Assembly (NCBI GenBank): GCA_036570425.1
Contig: DATCYF010000014.1
Coordinates: 357 to 64,356 of the forward strand
Source of the DNA: Rhizorhapis sp.
GTDB lineage: Bacteria > Pseudomonadota > Alphaproteobacteria > Sphingomonadales > Sphingomonadaceae
Length of the DNA stretch: 64,000 nucleotides
Reading direction: 5' to 3'
Program-made: the position numbers and the translations under genes
The notes under the pieces: model-generated
Told to the model about the DNA's origin: nothing
What the model saw: only the letters and a program-made list of their open reading frames with translations
The model's database searches: none
Shown here: positions 28,292 through 37,076 of the stretch, one piece after another
How positions within the stretch are numbered: position 1 is the stretch's first letter
How the letters are laid out: each line of letters opens with the position of its first letter

Positions 28292-29257
28292 ATGATGCGA
28301 GCAGTGCGCTTTCACGATTATAACGGTCTGTCCGGGGTCCGTATCGACCAAATCCCAACCCCCAGCGTCGATCCTGGGGCGCTGCTCGTCCGCGTGCACG
28401 CTGCTGGCGTCAATCCGTTCGATCGCTATGCAGTGGAGGGATATGTCAACGCCTTCGTCTCGTTCACCCTCCCGGCCGTTCTCGGTCGGGACTTCTCGGG
28501 AGTCGTCGAGGCGGTCGGCGCGGAGGTCACGGGGTTCATGGTCGGGGATGCGGTGTTCGGACAGGCGGCAGCGGACGCGGAAGGGACCTTCGCGGATTAT
28601 GTATCGATCCCTGTGGATCGCGCCGCCAAAAAACCGGAGACGATATCGCACATCGATGCAGCATCTCTCCCCAACGTGCTGATGGCCGCGTGGGATGGGC
28701 TGTTCTCGACGGCGCGTGGTCTCGATCTCCAGCCTGGGCAGACGATCCTCATCAACGGCGCAGCGGGCGGGATCGGCGGCGTCGCGACGCAACTCGCACG
28801 CTGGCGTGGCGCGCGGGTGATCGGCACAGCATCGGCGGGCAATCTCGATCTTGTCCGTGATCTCGGCGCCGAACCGCGAGACTATGCGGCGTCCGACTGG
28901 CTGGACGGCCTTGGCGAGATCGACGGCGTCCTGGATAGCGCGGACGGCAGCAACGCGGATCTGATCTGCGAAAGACTGCGTCCTGGCGACCGCTATGTCG
29001 CGCTTCGTGGCCTGCCCTCGGCCGACTTCGCGGAGCGCTGGGCTGCGAAGGGCATCGTCTGCCGCGTCGCGAGCGGCCCAGACAGTGCAGGCGCGTGGCC
29101 GGACATGGCGAAGGTGGTCGCTCAGGGACCCGTCCGACCGGTGGTGACGGCGACCTATCCGCTCGAGCAATTCGGCGATGCGCTAGCCGCGCTGGGAAGC
29201 GGCCATGCGCGCGGCAAAACGGTACTGATCATGAAAGATTCACAAGATTGTCCGTAG
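28292..29257 (+). CDS. MDR-superfamily NADPH:quinone oxidoreductase / zinc-type alcohol dehydrogenase-like protein
   Basis: MMRAVRFHDYNG... start, nucleotide motif INGAAGGIGGVATQLA, C-terminal HARGKTVL, and a GGAAGGAGAG RBS. Confidence 0.85.
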   Translation: MMRAVRFHDYNGLSGVRIDQIPTPSVDPGALLVRVHAAGVNPFDRYAVEGYVNAFVSFTLPAVLGRDFSGVVEAVGAEVTGFMVGDAVFGQAAADAEGTFADYVSIPVDRAAKKPETISHIDAASLPNVLMAAWDGLFSTARGLDLQPGQTILINGAAGGIGGVATQLARWRGARVIGTASAGNLDLVRDLGAEPRDYAASDWLDGLGEIDGVLDSADGSNADLICERLRPGDRYVALRGLPSADFAERWAAKGIVCRVASGPDSAGAWPDMAKVVAQGPVRPVVTATYPLEQFGDALAALGSGHARGKTVLIMKDSQDCP

Positions 29258-29259
29258 GC

Positions 29260-29286
29260 GAAAGGCCGCCGCCGGGATGGCCTTTC
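29260..29286 (+). terminator. Stem-loop after the MDR gene (weak terminator candidate)
   Basis: GAAAGGCC-N11-GGCCTTTC, an 8-bp perfect stem beginning 3 nt after the stop. No T-tract follows. Confidence 0.3.
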
Positions 29287-29609
29287 GTGGCTGCCAGCGC
29301 AGTACCTGGGCGGGCCTTGGCCGTCCGGCGCGCGCCCGCGCCGCCACGGTCGACAAGCTTGACGTTCCCGCGCCGCCAATCAAGGGTGTCGCCGTACGAG
29401 GCAATCGCGTCGTACAACATGCCTCAGACAAAGGCCGTCTGATCACCAGAGCACGCGGAGACAGGCGCTCCTTCCAGAAACGGACGGAGCGCCTGATCCG
29501 GGCCAGCCGTTGAGCTGTCCTTGATCGCCTTGGCAAGGCGAAGGTAAGCTTCTTCGACGCTTTGATCTTGATTGTTTCGCCACGAAATAGCCGGAGCCTG
29601 AAAACGAGA

Positions 29610-30464
29610 TCAGTTCGCTCCAAACCGCTCGATGGCATGTGCATGGGTCGGGTTGAAACTGCTGTGCTGTTCGTCCCACTCCGAAAGATCGAACAGCGCA
29701 AGCGGAGTGAGATGAAGCCCGCCATCCGCAAAGATCGTCATTCCGGTGATATACCGGCTCTCGTCCGAACACAGCATCAGCACCGCGCCGCCGATATCCT
29801 CCTCGGGATCCCCGACATAACCCAGGGCAATGGCCTTGCGGAGACGACGGCCGAATTCCGGGTTAGCCTCCTCCTGTGCGATGTGGGCGGGGCTCAGTCC
29901 GGCTGGAGCGATGCAATTGACCCGAACGCCAAATCGACCCCATTCCCGCGCGGCCGTTCGCGTCAGCCCACGAATCGCTTCCTTGGTGCTGTCATAATCA
30001 CCGAACAGGGGCTCGCCATCGACACCTTGCAGCGAACAGAAATTGATGATCCGTCCGTCCGCTTGCGTCTTCATGTACGGAATTGCGGCCTGCATCGTCC
30101 AGAGTGAACCGAGCAGGCCGGTTCGATATGAATATTCGAACATGGCCGTCGTCTTGTCTTCGATCAGGGCAAGGGGCGTGAATCCCTGGGCGGCGTTGAC
30201 AAGGATATCTATACGCCCAAACTGGTCATACACTTCTTCGACCAGTGCTTTGGCATCGATCTCTTGTCCGATATCCGTCCGACGGAAGACAACGGGTACT
30301 CCGAAATCCTTCTCTATCTCGGCGCGTGCGATGGGGCCGGTCTCTTCGTCAATTTCCGCGATCGCGATGGTTGCGCCCTCGCGCGCAAGCCGTCTAGCCG
30401 TGCCGTAACCAAGTCCTCGTCCCCCGCCCGTGACAATGGCGATCTTACCCTCGAGTCGCTTCAT
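29610..30464 (-). CDS. SDR-family oxidoreductase
   Basis: LEGKIAIVTGGGRGLGYG Rossmann motif and a YDSTK catalytic YxxxK; 284 aa. Confidence 0.9.
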   Translation of the reverse strand: MKRLEGKIAIVTGGGRGLGYGTARRLAREGATIAIAEIDEETGPIARAEIEKDFGVPVVFRRTDIGQEIDAKALVEEVYDQFGRIDILVNAAQGFTPLALIEDKTTAMFEYSYRTGLLGSLWTMQAAIPYMKTQADGRIINFCSLQGVDGEPLFGDYDSTKEAIRGLTRTAAREWGRFGVRVNCIAPAGLSPAHIAQEEANPEFGRRLRKAIALGYVGDPEEDIGGAVLMLCSDESRYITGMTIFADGGLHLTPLALFDLSEWDEQHSSFNPTHAHAIERFGAN

Positions 30465-30558
30465 GGCCCTCTCCCGTTATCTAGCACCGAAGGCATAGCC
30501 CACCGCGCTGGTGGTTCCGACTACACGCATCTTGAATGAAATCTTGATGCTTAACGGA

Positions 30559-30593
30559 ATTACTAGTAATGCATATATGTTCATCTAATGCAT
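30559..30593. promoter_or_regulatory. AT-rich palindrome cluster in the SDR/EthD divergent promoter
   Basis: Perfect 12-bp palindrome ATTACTAGTAAT (30559-30570), overlapped by TAATGCAT (30567-30574). A second TAATGCAT lies at 30586-30593. Confidence 0.4.
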
Positions 30594-30632
30594 GACAAGG
30601 CGAGAAAACCAAAGATGAAGCGGCCCAAAACG

Positions 30633-31343
30633 ATGATATTGTTGCGTAAGACCAACGACCGGACCGAGGACAAGTTCTTCCGCCGCGTTCGCGACTACGT
30701 GATCCCCCGGCTTATCGAGCGATGCGGCGACAGCGTTGATGGACTGACGATCAACCGAGTGGAGGAGATGAATTTTCGCGGAGGCATGCCGACCAACGCC
30801 GCCGGGCATATCTGGTCCGCAATAGTGGAGGTTTATTTCAGCAGGGAAGCGGACATGTTGCCTGCGATAACTGATGCCATCTTACCGACATTGAATGAAA
30901 GCGAAGACATCCTCTTCGATAATGCCGTTGTACCAGTCACCGAGATAATGATGTACGACAATCTCACTTCGCCCGATCCAGTGAAAATCTTCGGCCTTTT
31001 CCACATTACGGGAGGCTTGACCCGGTCCGAAGTCCATCGTTACTGGCATGGTCCGCACGCGGAAATGGGATTGCAGTTGAAAGCAGACACCATTATCCGC
31101 AAATATTCCCAGAACCATACTCTGCTCGATTATGTAGCCCCGGATCCCCGGTATCGCTACGATGGGGCATCCATCGCGTATTTCGACACCGTTGAGGATG
31201 CCGGAAAAATTTACCGCAACCCCGCCGTCCTCGACGTGGCAGAGGCGGATGAATTGCTGATGGGCACCGAGCCCGCCGCAGTTGTGTCGATCGCCGTACG
31301 TGAGGAGATCGTGTTTGATCGCAATGGTAGCCATTCCACGTGA
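30633..31343 (+). CDS. Tandem EthD-domain protein
   Basis: Two EthD-like halves. The first is MILLRKTNDRTEDKFFRRVRDYVIPRL.... The second is IFGLFHITGGLTRSEVHRYWHGPHAEM..., matching the classic EthD xLtxeeFxxYWxxxH pattern. The ORF track start at 30588 is possible but adds a Lys-rich leader. Confidence 0.6.
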   Translation: MILLRKTNDRTEDKFFRRVRDYVIPRLIERCGDSVDGLTINRVEEMNFRGGMPTNAAGHIWSAIVEVYFSREADMLPAITDAILPTLNESEDILFDNAVVPVTEIMMYDNLTSPDPVKIFGLFHITGGLTRSEVHRYWHGPHAEMGLQLKADTIIRKYSQNHTLLDYVAPDPRYRYDGASIAYFDTVEDAGKIYRNPAVLDVAEADELLMGTEPAAVVSIAVREEIVFDRNGSHST

Positions 31344-31412
31344 ACGACGGCGCATGAATTGCTTCAGGTGCACATAGCAGAGCAGGCGCGGGCATGGTCG
31401 TCCGTGTGACGC

Positions 31413-32537
31413 CTACCTCCGATTCATGACGGCAACCACCCGCATATAATCGTCGTTGGGGCCAGGATCAGCCAAACCCATCATACCGGCAAGAACACCC
31501 GAGGCCGGGTTGACGAGCCAACCGCTATTATCCGGCGCAAGCAGCCCATCTGCGATCAGGTTACGAACGGTCCGCGCCATAACGAGTGACATGCGCACAC
31601 CAGAAAGCTTCGCGTAATAGTCAAGGTTGGCGACCGGGCGGCCAAGTGCAACCTCGAACGCATCGATCTGCTCGGCGCGCGTTGGCATGCCAGTCAGCAA
31701 TGGCCGGCCGTCACTGACCATCTCGTCGACGAAGAACCACCAGCTCAGGTCTATCTCGGCTGGGCCGACGGCACTCGCTTCGAAGTCCACTGCTGCCGCT
31801 ATCCGACCATCACGGAAGAAGAGAAAATTACCCGGATTGGAATCCCCCCAAAGCAACTCCACTTCGGCACTTCGGGGACGATGCTCGTGCAGATATGCCA
31901 TTGCCGCGTCGACCACGGGATGCTTCTCGCCTGCGCACGCCATGTCCCGCCAAGCGCCAAGCCAGCCGAGATAGGCGTCCAGCCCCGGTGCCCCATATTC
32001 GGAATTGTGGAGGAATCCGAAATCTTCGCGCCAGGGCAGCTTGTTGATCTGGGAAATTGTATTGATTGCCCCAAACCATGCCTCGCGCCGGGTCGCCGGG
32101 TCGAGCTCATGGAGCAGGCCCGCGACATGATAGCTTGGATGCATCGGCAGCGAAACGCCCGAGATTCGATCCATTACGAGAAAGCTGCCACCAATCAGCG
32201 ATGCGTTTTCTTCCCAGCCCACGATCGCGGGCACCGAAATTCCATGATTGCTCAACGCCTGCATCATGCGGGCCTGCTTAACAATGCTAGTCCCTAGAAA
32301 GGTGTTGCGGCCGGGTCGTTCGATCCGCACTACCAGTGCCCGCTTACCCATGACGCCGGTAGCGCAGCCCTCCAGATCGATAAGGAAAGTATCTGCCGAA
32401 AAGCCCGTCTTCGGAACCGCAACGTCGACAATATGACAACGATCGCCTAATTCCGGCTGGCGGCACAACCATGATTCCAACCCTGCGATAATTGACGAAG
32501 GCGCTTCCAAGCCGATCTCCTTTCCTTTGCCCTTCAC
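31413..32537 (-). CDS. APH/ChoK-fold phosphotransferase-family protein, small type (about 374 aa)
   Basis: LLWGDSNPGNFLF (D-x4-N retained, with Trp in place of His) and VDFEASAVGPAEIDLSWW. GTG 32537 overlaps the stop of the upstream large-type gene (GTGA); ATG 32615 is an alternative start. Confidence 0.8.
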   Translation of the reverse strand: MKGKGKEIGLEAPSSIIAGLESWLCRQPELGDRCHIVDVAVPKTGFSADTFLIDLEGCATGVMGKRALVVRIERPGRNTFLGTSIVKQARMMQALSNHGISVPAIVGWEENASLIGGSFLVMDRISGVSLPMHPSYHVAGLLHELDPATRREAWFGAINTISQINKLPWREDFGFLHNSEYGAPGLDAYLGWLGAWRDMACAGEKHPVVDAAMAYLHEHRPRSAEVELLWGDSNPGNFLFFRDGRIAAAVDFEASAVGPAEIDLSWWFFVDEMVSDGRPLLTGMPTRAEQIDAFEVALGRPVANLDYYAKLSGVRMSLVMARTVRNLIADGLLAPDNSGWLVNPASGVLAGMMGLADPGPNDDYMRVVAVMNRR

Positions 32538-33952
32538 AAGCGGTCGAGGATCGGCTCCATCTTTGCCAAGGCGAGGTGGTTCGTTGCCGCGTCCGGGCCC
32601 GCAATGATCAGGCATTGCCGCAATAACCGGCGATAGAAGAGTCGGACCAGGGCCTTGTCATGCTCGGGCGCCGCAGAGCGTACGAAGTCCACCAGTTCGC
32701 GATCCGCCACCTTCAGATCCTTGGGCCGATGGCCCAGCACCTCAGCAGCATCATTCAGATCTGCGTCGCGTGCCCAGCCGTGATAATGAAGCTGATTACG
32801 AAGATAGATCGGGATGGCGGCGAGCACCCCACGCTGCCAGTCTGCAAAGTCTTCGGATAGCGGCAGATGTTGCACCTCCGCTATCAGCTTGTCGAGCGCC
32901 ATGTCCTCCAGCGGCGTGACATCCGGTTCTGGCAATTCGAACTCTTCCAATTCCAGGCCAAGTATCTCGGCCATTGCCTCGGCGCAGCGACGCCCGATCA
33001 GCGCCACCTGAACTTGAGCTTCCACCCAATCTCCGCCCGGCACAATCTTGTCGAGGGCGAAGAGCGGTGCATAATAGCCGATGCACATAAAAACGACCGT
33101 ATGATAAGCGATAACCCGCGCATCGAGCGGCTCGCCCAGAGCTTTTTCATAGTGCCGGAAGAGCGCCGGCAAATCGCCCATATTCTCGATCGGATGGCGC
33201 CCGCGGAAACATGCAAGATCGTGAAGGTGATCGCCCAAATAGCCGACCTCGACATCCAGGATGGCAGTTACTTCGGGGCCTTCGGAGAGGAACTGGCCAC
33301 AATCGCCCGTGACGAAAGAGATGCGCGAACGATGCTCCGGAACATTGCGCCGGAGCCAGACTGCGCAAAATTCCATGAACGGATCGATAATGCCGTGATC
33401 GGTACACATGGCGTAGAAGCGTTCAAAGCTATTGAGCGCAATGTCGCTCGCGCCTGACGGCATCTTTGCGCCCGCTTCGGCAAATTGTTCCGGCGGAATC
33501 TGGTGCATGCCGGCTAAGATTTCCATATATTTGAGGCTGGCGGCCCATCGATCGTCAGTCATGACTGAACCGGACTCGATCGCCTCCTGGACAAGCCCCG
33601 GATCCCTGCCACCGCGCATCCATTCCATTATGATCGCAAGAGGCTCAGGGCACATTCCGTGGACATGCGGCACGCGTATGCCGTTAGCCTCGAGCACCTG
33701 CATCATGCGCATTTCGTATTCGAGCGGATATGGATGCGCGCTCCACTCGCGCGTGCCCTTGCACAAAAGATCGGTGGGTGCGCCATTGTCCTGGTACGTT
33801 GCGCGCCACACCGGACGCCAGCGACGCTGGCGAACGATCTTGTCGACCGGGCCGCCGAGATTCTCCGTAATCCAGGCAGCGAGCTTACCGAAGTCGTCCG
33901 ATTTGTCGTCAATCCGGGCAACGGGGTTCCTGTTCGCAACGTTGATGGTCAT
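32534..33952 (-). CDS. APH/ChoK-fold phosphotransferase-family protein, large type (472 aa)
   Basis: SFVTGDCGQFLS (Thr in place of His, no Asn at D+5), ILDVEVGYLGDHLHDLA, and a C-terminal helical extension. It is a clear paralog of 25818..27182. Confidence 0.8.
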   Translation of the reverse strand: MTINVANRNPVARIDDKSDDFGKLAAWITENLGGPVDKIVRQRRWRPVWRATYQDNGAPTDLLCKGTREWSAHPYPLEYEMRMMQVLEANGIRVPHVHGMCPEPLAIIMEWMRGGRDPGLVQEAIESGSVMTDDRWAASLKYMEILAGMHQIPPEQFAEAGAKMPSGASDIALNSFERFYAMCTDHGIIDPFMEFCAVWLRRNVPEHRSRISFVTGDCGQFLSEGPEVTAILDVEVGYLGDHLHDLACFRGRHPIENMGDLPALFRHYEKALGEPLDARVIAYHTVVFMCIGYYAPLFALDKIVPGGDWVEAQVQVALIGRRCAEAMAEILGLELEEFELPEPDVTPLEDMALDKLIAEVQHLPLSEDFADWQRGVLAAIPIYLRNQLHYHGWARDADLNDAAEVLGHRPKDLKVADRELVDFVRSAAPEHDKALVRLFYRRLLRQCLIIAGPDAATNHLALAKMEPILDRL

Positions 33953-34032
33953 GGATGGATCCTCTTTTTATTTAGATGTGCACAAAACCACCATATTGGT
34001 GATATCCAGCCTTTGCAGCCCGCCCACGGTTC

Positions 34033-36510
34033 CTAAAAGCGATAGCCGAGTGTCACTCCATAGGTTCGCGGTTCACCAATCGATCCTTCAGCAACACCGA
34101 AAGATGTGATGAAATCGGCGACGTTGGTAAGGTAGCGCTTCCGCGTTATGTTACGTCCCCACACCGACAATTCCATTGCCGGGTTGTCCAGGTTGAGGGT
34201 GACGCGCGCGTTCAGCAAGCCATAGGCCGGGATAATGCCGACGCGGTTCGCCAGTTCGTATTGATCCTTGACGTTCTGGGTTGCCTGATCGGCGGCAGTA
34301 TTCTGATAAGCAGCACGGCGTGAAATATAAGCATAATCCGCATGCACCGACAACTGGCCAAACGAGATTGGTATAACCTGAGTCGCACCGATATTCCATG
34401 TTAGCCGCGGTGCCTGAGGAATTTTCTCACCACTGCGATCGACGTCGAACGGCTTGAGCGTGCCAGTGGCATTTTGGCCGACGCAGGCTGTCGACGGAAG
34501 CCCACGATCGGCCCCGTCGACACAGATGATCTGCGTCTCATTGAAGGTTCCCTTAACGTACTTTGCCCGCAACAGTGAGAGGCTGCCAGTCACCTCCATG
34601 CCCTTCCAGGGAAGGACGGTCGCTTCAAACTCGGCACCATAGCTGCGCGCCTTGCCAGCGTTGGTCGTATAGGATGTCAGCGACTGAAAGACTGGATCAA
34701 AAGTGCGGATATTCCGCTGAACGTCGCTCTGCCAAGCGTGGAAAATCGCTACATTGAAGCGCAACTTGCGATCGAACAAGTCAGCCTTGAAGCCTGCTTC
34801 GACATCGCGAACATTTTCCGGCTTGAAGGCTGGAGCGATCGAGTCTCGCAGATTCCACCCCCCAGCCATGGAGGCGCCGCTCGTCTTCGCATATACGAAC
34901 ATCGAGTCGTTCACTTTGTAATCAAGGCCAGCCGTCCAGGCAGGATAATCAAAATCGATATCGCGCGTACGGTCGCAGGCGCCGCCCGGGATGTCCCGCT
35001 GATCTGCCGGAATCGCACATTCCAGCGTGTCACGATCCAGCCGAGTGTGCAGCACCAGCTTGCGGCTGTCCCACGTATAGCGCAACCCGCCGGTTGCTCT
35101 CAGCCGGTCGGTAAGATGATAGTTGATCTGGCCATAAATAGCCTTGGAAACGCTGCGGGCATCACCCGAGGTATTGCGAAAAACCTTGGCATTGGGATCA
35201 AGTATGCTGAAAGATTTCGCATCGGCCTCCTCATATCCCTTTTCAATGAAATAATAGAGTCCGCCTATCCATTCCAGCCTTCCCGACTTTCCGGAGAGCT
35301 GCAATTCTTCGCTGAACTGTTTTTGCCTGGTGTGCGCGATGAATGAGACCAGATTTATTGGCAAACTGTCGATGTCGAGGGTGTCTCCGGACTTTGCCTC
35401 GCGATACGCAGTGATTGACTGAAGATTAGCACCACCGAGGTCGACATCCAGTGTCGCCGAAACGCCCTTCCCGCTGCTCCGGTTCTGGGGCTTATCGAGA
35501 TCAGCTTCGCCAGTGTCGTTGTAACCATAGCTGCTGTAAAAGTTTTTCTTATTCAGCAGATAATCATTCGGATCGATCCCCGTTCCCGCCACTGCATCTC
35601 CGACCGTGAAGCCGGGCGAAAGCTCAAAATCGGGATTATAGCCGACGAGACCTGTCAACTGGCCGCTATCGCGGAAGCGCGTATAATCACCAGACACAGT
35701 CAGCGTGAAAGGCTTATCGGCCGGAGCCCAGCGCAACTGCCCGCGAACATAGTAGTTTCCGCGCACGTCGGCCGCCGGTCGATCGAGCCTCACGAAACGC
35801 CCATATCCGTCCCGCTCGTTATAGGAGCCGGCAAAACGGACAGCGAGTTCATCCCCCATGAGAGGAATGTTCAGAACTCCCTCATAACGCCGATAGTCAT
35901 AGTTCCCCACGCTCGCCTTAACCGAGCCTTCAAGATCACCGGTAGGCGCGTTTGTTGTCAGACTGATAGCGCCGCCTACGGTATTACGCCCGAAAAGCGT
36001 GCCCTGCGGTCCACGAAGAACTTCAACGCGAGCGACATCAATGAGATCGAGATTACTGCCGGTCGGGCGCGCAATATAGACGCCGTCGACATAGATGCCG
36101 ACCGCCGGGTCCGTAGCGGTGGTTGGCTCGTTTTGACCTTGCCCGCGGATCGCGACGAACACAATCGAGGTCGGCGCGCCACCTCCCGTCGCAATGCTGA
36201 GCGATGGAGCGGTACGCTGCAGATCGGCAACCGCTGTGATCTGCGCGCGATCCAAGCTGGCCGGGGTCAGGGCGGTGACGGCGACTGGCGTCGTCTGAAG
36301 CGCCTCGCTGGAACGGCGGGCAGTCACGATGATATCTTCAAGACCGCCCGATTCCGCCGCATTACTGACCGCGTTGGCTTCAGCGGTAGATGCGGGCGCT
36401 GGATTGGACACCTCTTCATCCGAGGCCTGTGCGAATGCCGGGCAACCGAACAAAGGCACGCCTGCAACTATGAAGATCGAAACCGAAGTCAGCAGCCCAG
36501 AAGCGCGCAT
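34033..36510 (-). CDS. TonB-dependent receptor
   Basis: Signal peptide MRASGLLTSVSIFIVAGVPLFGCPAFAQA, TonB box/plug DIIVTARR and VEVLRGPQGTLFGRNTVGG, and C-terminal TLGYRF. Confidence 0.9.
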   Translation of the reverse strand: MRASGLLTSVSIFIVAGVPLFGCPAFAQASDEEVSNPAPASTAEANAVSNAAESGGLEDIIVTARRSSEALQTTPVAVTALTPASLDRAQITAVADLQRTAPSLSIATGGGAPTSIVFVAIRGQGQNEPTTATDPAVGIYVDGVYIARPTGSNLDLIDVARVEVLRGPQGTLFGRNTVGGAISLTTNAPTGDLEGSVKASVGNYDYRRYEGVLNIPLMGDELAVRFAGSYNERDGYGRFVRLDRPAADVRGNYYVRGQLRWAPADKPFTLTVSGDYTRFRDSGQLTGLVGYNPDFELSPGFTVGDAVAGTGIDPNDYLLNKKNFYSSYGYNDTGEADLDKPQNRSSGKGVSATLDVDLGGANLQSITAYREAKSGDTLDIDSLPINLVSFIAHTRQKQFSEELQLSGKSGRLEWIGGLYYFIEKGYEEADAKSFSILDPNAKVFRNTSGDARSVSKAIYGQINYHLTDRLRATGGLRYTWDSRKLVLHTRLDRDTLECAIPADQRDIPGGACDRTRDIDFDYPAWTAGLDYKVNDSMFVYAKTSGASMAGGWNLRDSIAPAFKPENVRDVEAGFKADLFDRKLRFNVAIFHAWQSDVQRNIRTFDPVFQSLTSYTTNAGKARSYGAEFEATVLPWKGMEVTGSLSLLRAKYVKGTFNETQIICVDGADRGLPSTACVGQNATGTLKPFDVDRSGEKIPQAPRLTWNIGATQVIPISFGQLSVHADYAYISRRAAYQNTAADQATQNVKDQYELANRVGIIPAYGLLNARVTLNLDNPAMELSVWGRNITRKRYLTNVADFITSFGVAEGSIGEPRTYGVTLGYRF

Positions 36511-37076
36511 TCTGATCCTCCCCTTTTTGAGCTTTTGCCCAGACGACCCTTGTTTCTGATCGTTTATAGGAAAGTCAGATATGTGCCATAACGATTATTA
36601 TGTATACAAGAAGTTTTTACATATAATCTGAAGCCAGTTTTGATTATGCTTATCGAACTTCCAGCAGGGCACCGGAATGGACTAGCCTAGCCTCACACGC
36701 CAAGACAGACAAAAATGAAAGACCCGGCGCCGGCAGATGGCACTGTCCTAGCTCCAGTCAGCAGACGGTGGCGGATCAGTATCATCTGCTATTAATTTCA
36801 TTTACGCCCATTTATGCATAACGAACTAGACATACGGACAAATGAACAATACGATATCCATCGTAGTTGGTCGAACAGCCGGATTCTACGGCGGACAACC
36901 CGACGGCACGATCGCAAACGAGAGTCGATCGGTTTCATTGGTAAGCATAGCGCAGCGTCATTCGGTCGACAGGATGTCGAACAATGCAATCTTCGTGCAG
37001 CACGGCTAATGATCGGAGGATTGTCTTTCTTTATATCCGATCGGCCTCCGGAAACGTATAAAGGACGAAACGCGCC
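36511..37076. promoter_or_regulatory. 566-bp divergent intergenic region with an AT-rich core (TBDR operon / Mo-oxidoreductase)
   Basis: No convincing ORF in this span. It is markedly AT-rich around 36580-36860 and contains the palindromes TGTATACA (36601-36608) and TTATGCATAA (36812-36821). Confidence 0.6.

Noticed and set aside
28232-29170. 312-aa minus-strand ORF
   Set aside because: It is antisense to the MDR oxidoreductase and has an Arg-rich shadow composition.
29287-29609. About 320-bp spacer between the MDR and SDR genes, with a protein-like minus frame (…SVEEAYLRLAKAIKDSSTAGPDQALRPFLEG…)
   Set aside because: There is no start codon or upstream continuation, because the frame is blocked by the SDR gene end. 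I cannot assign a family. It may be a gene remnant but is not supportable.
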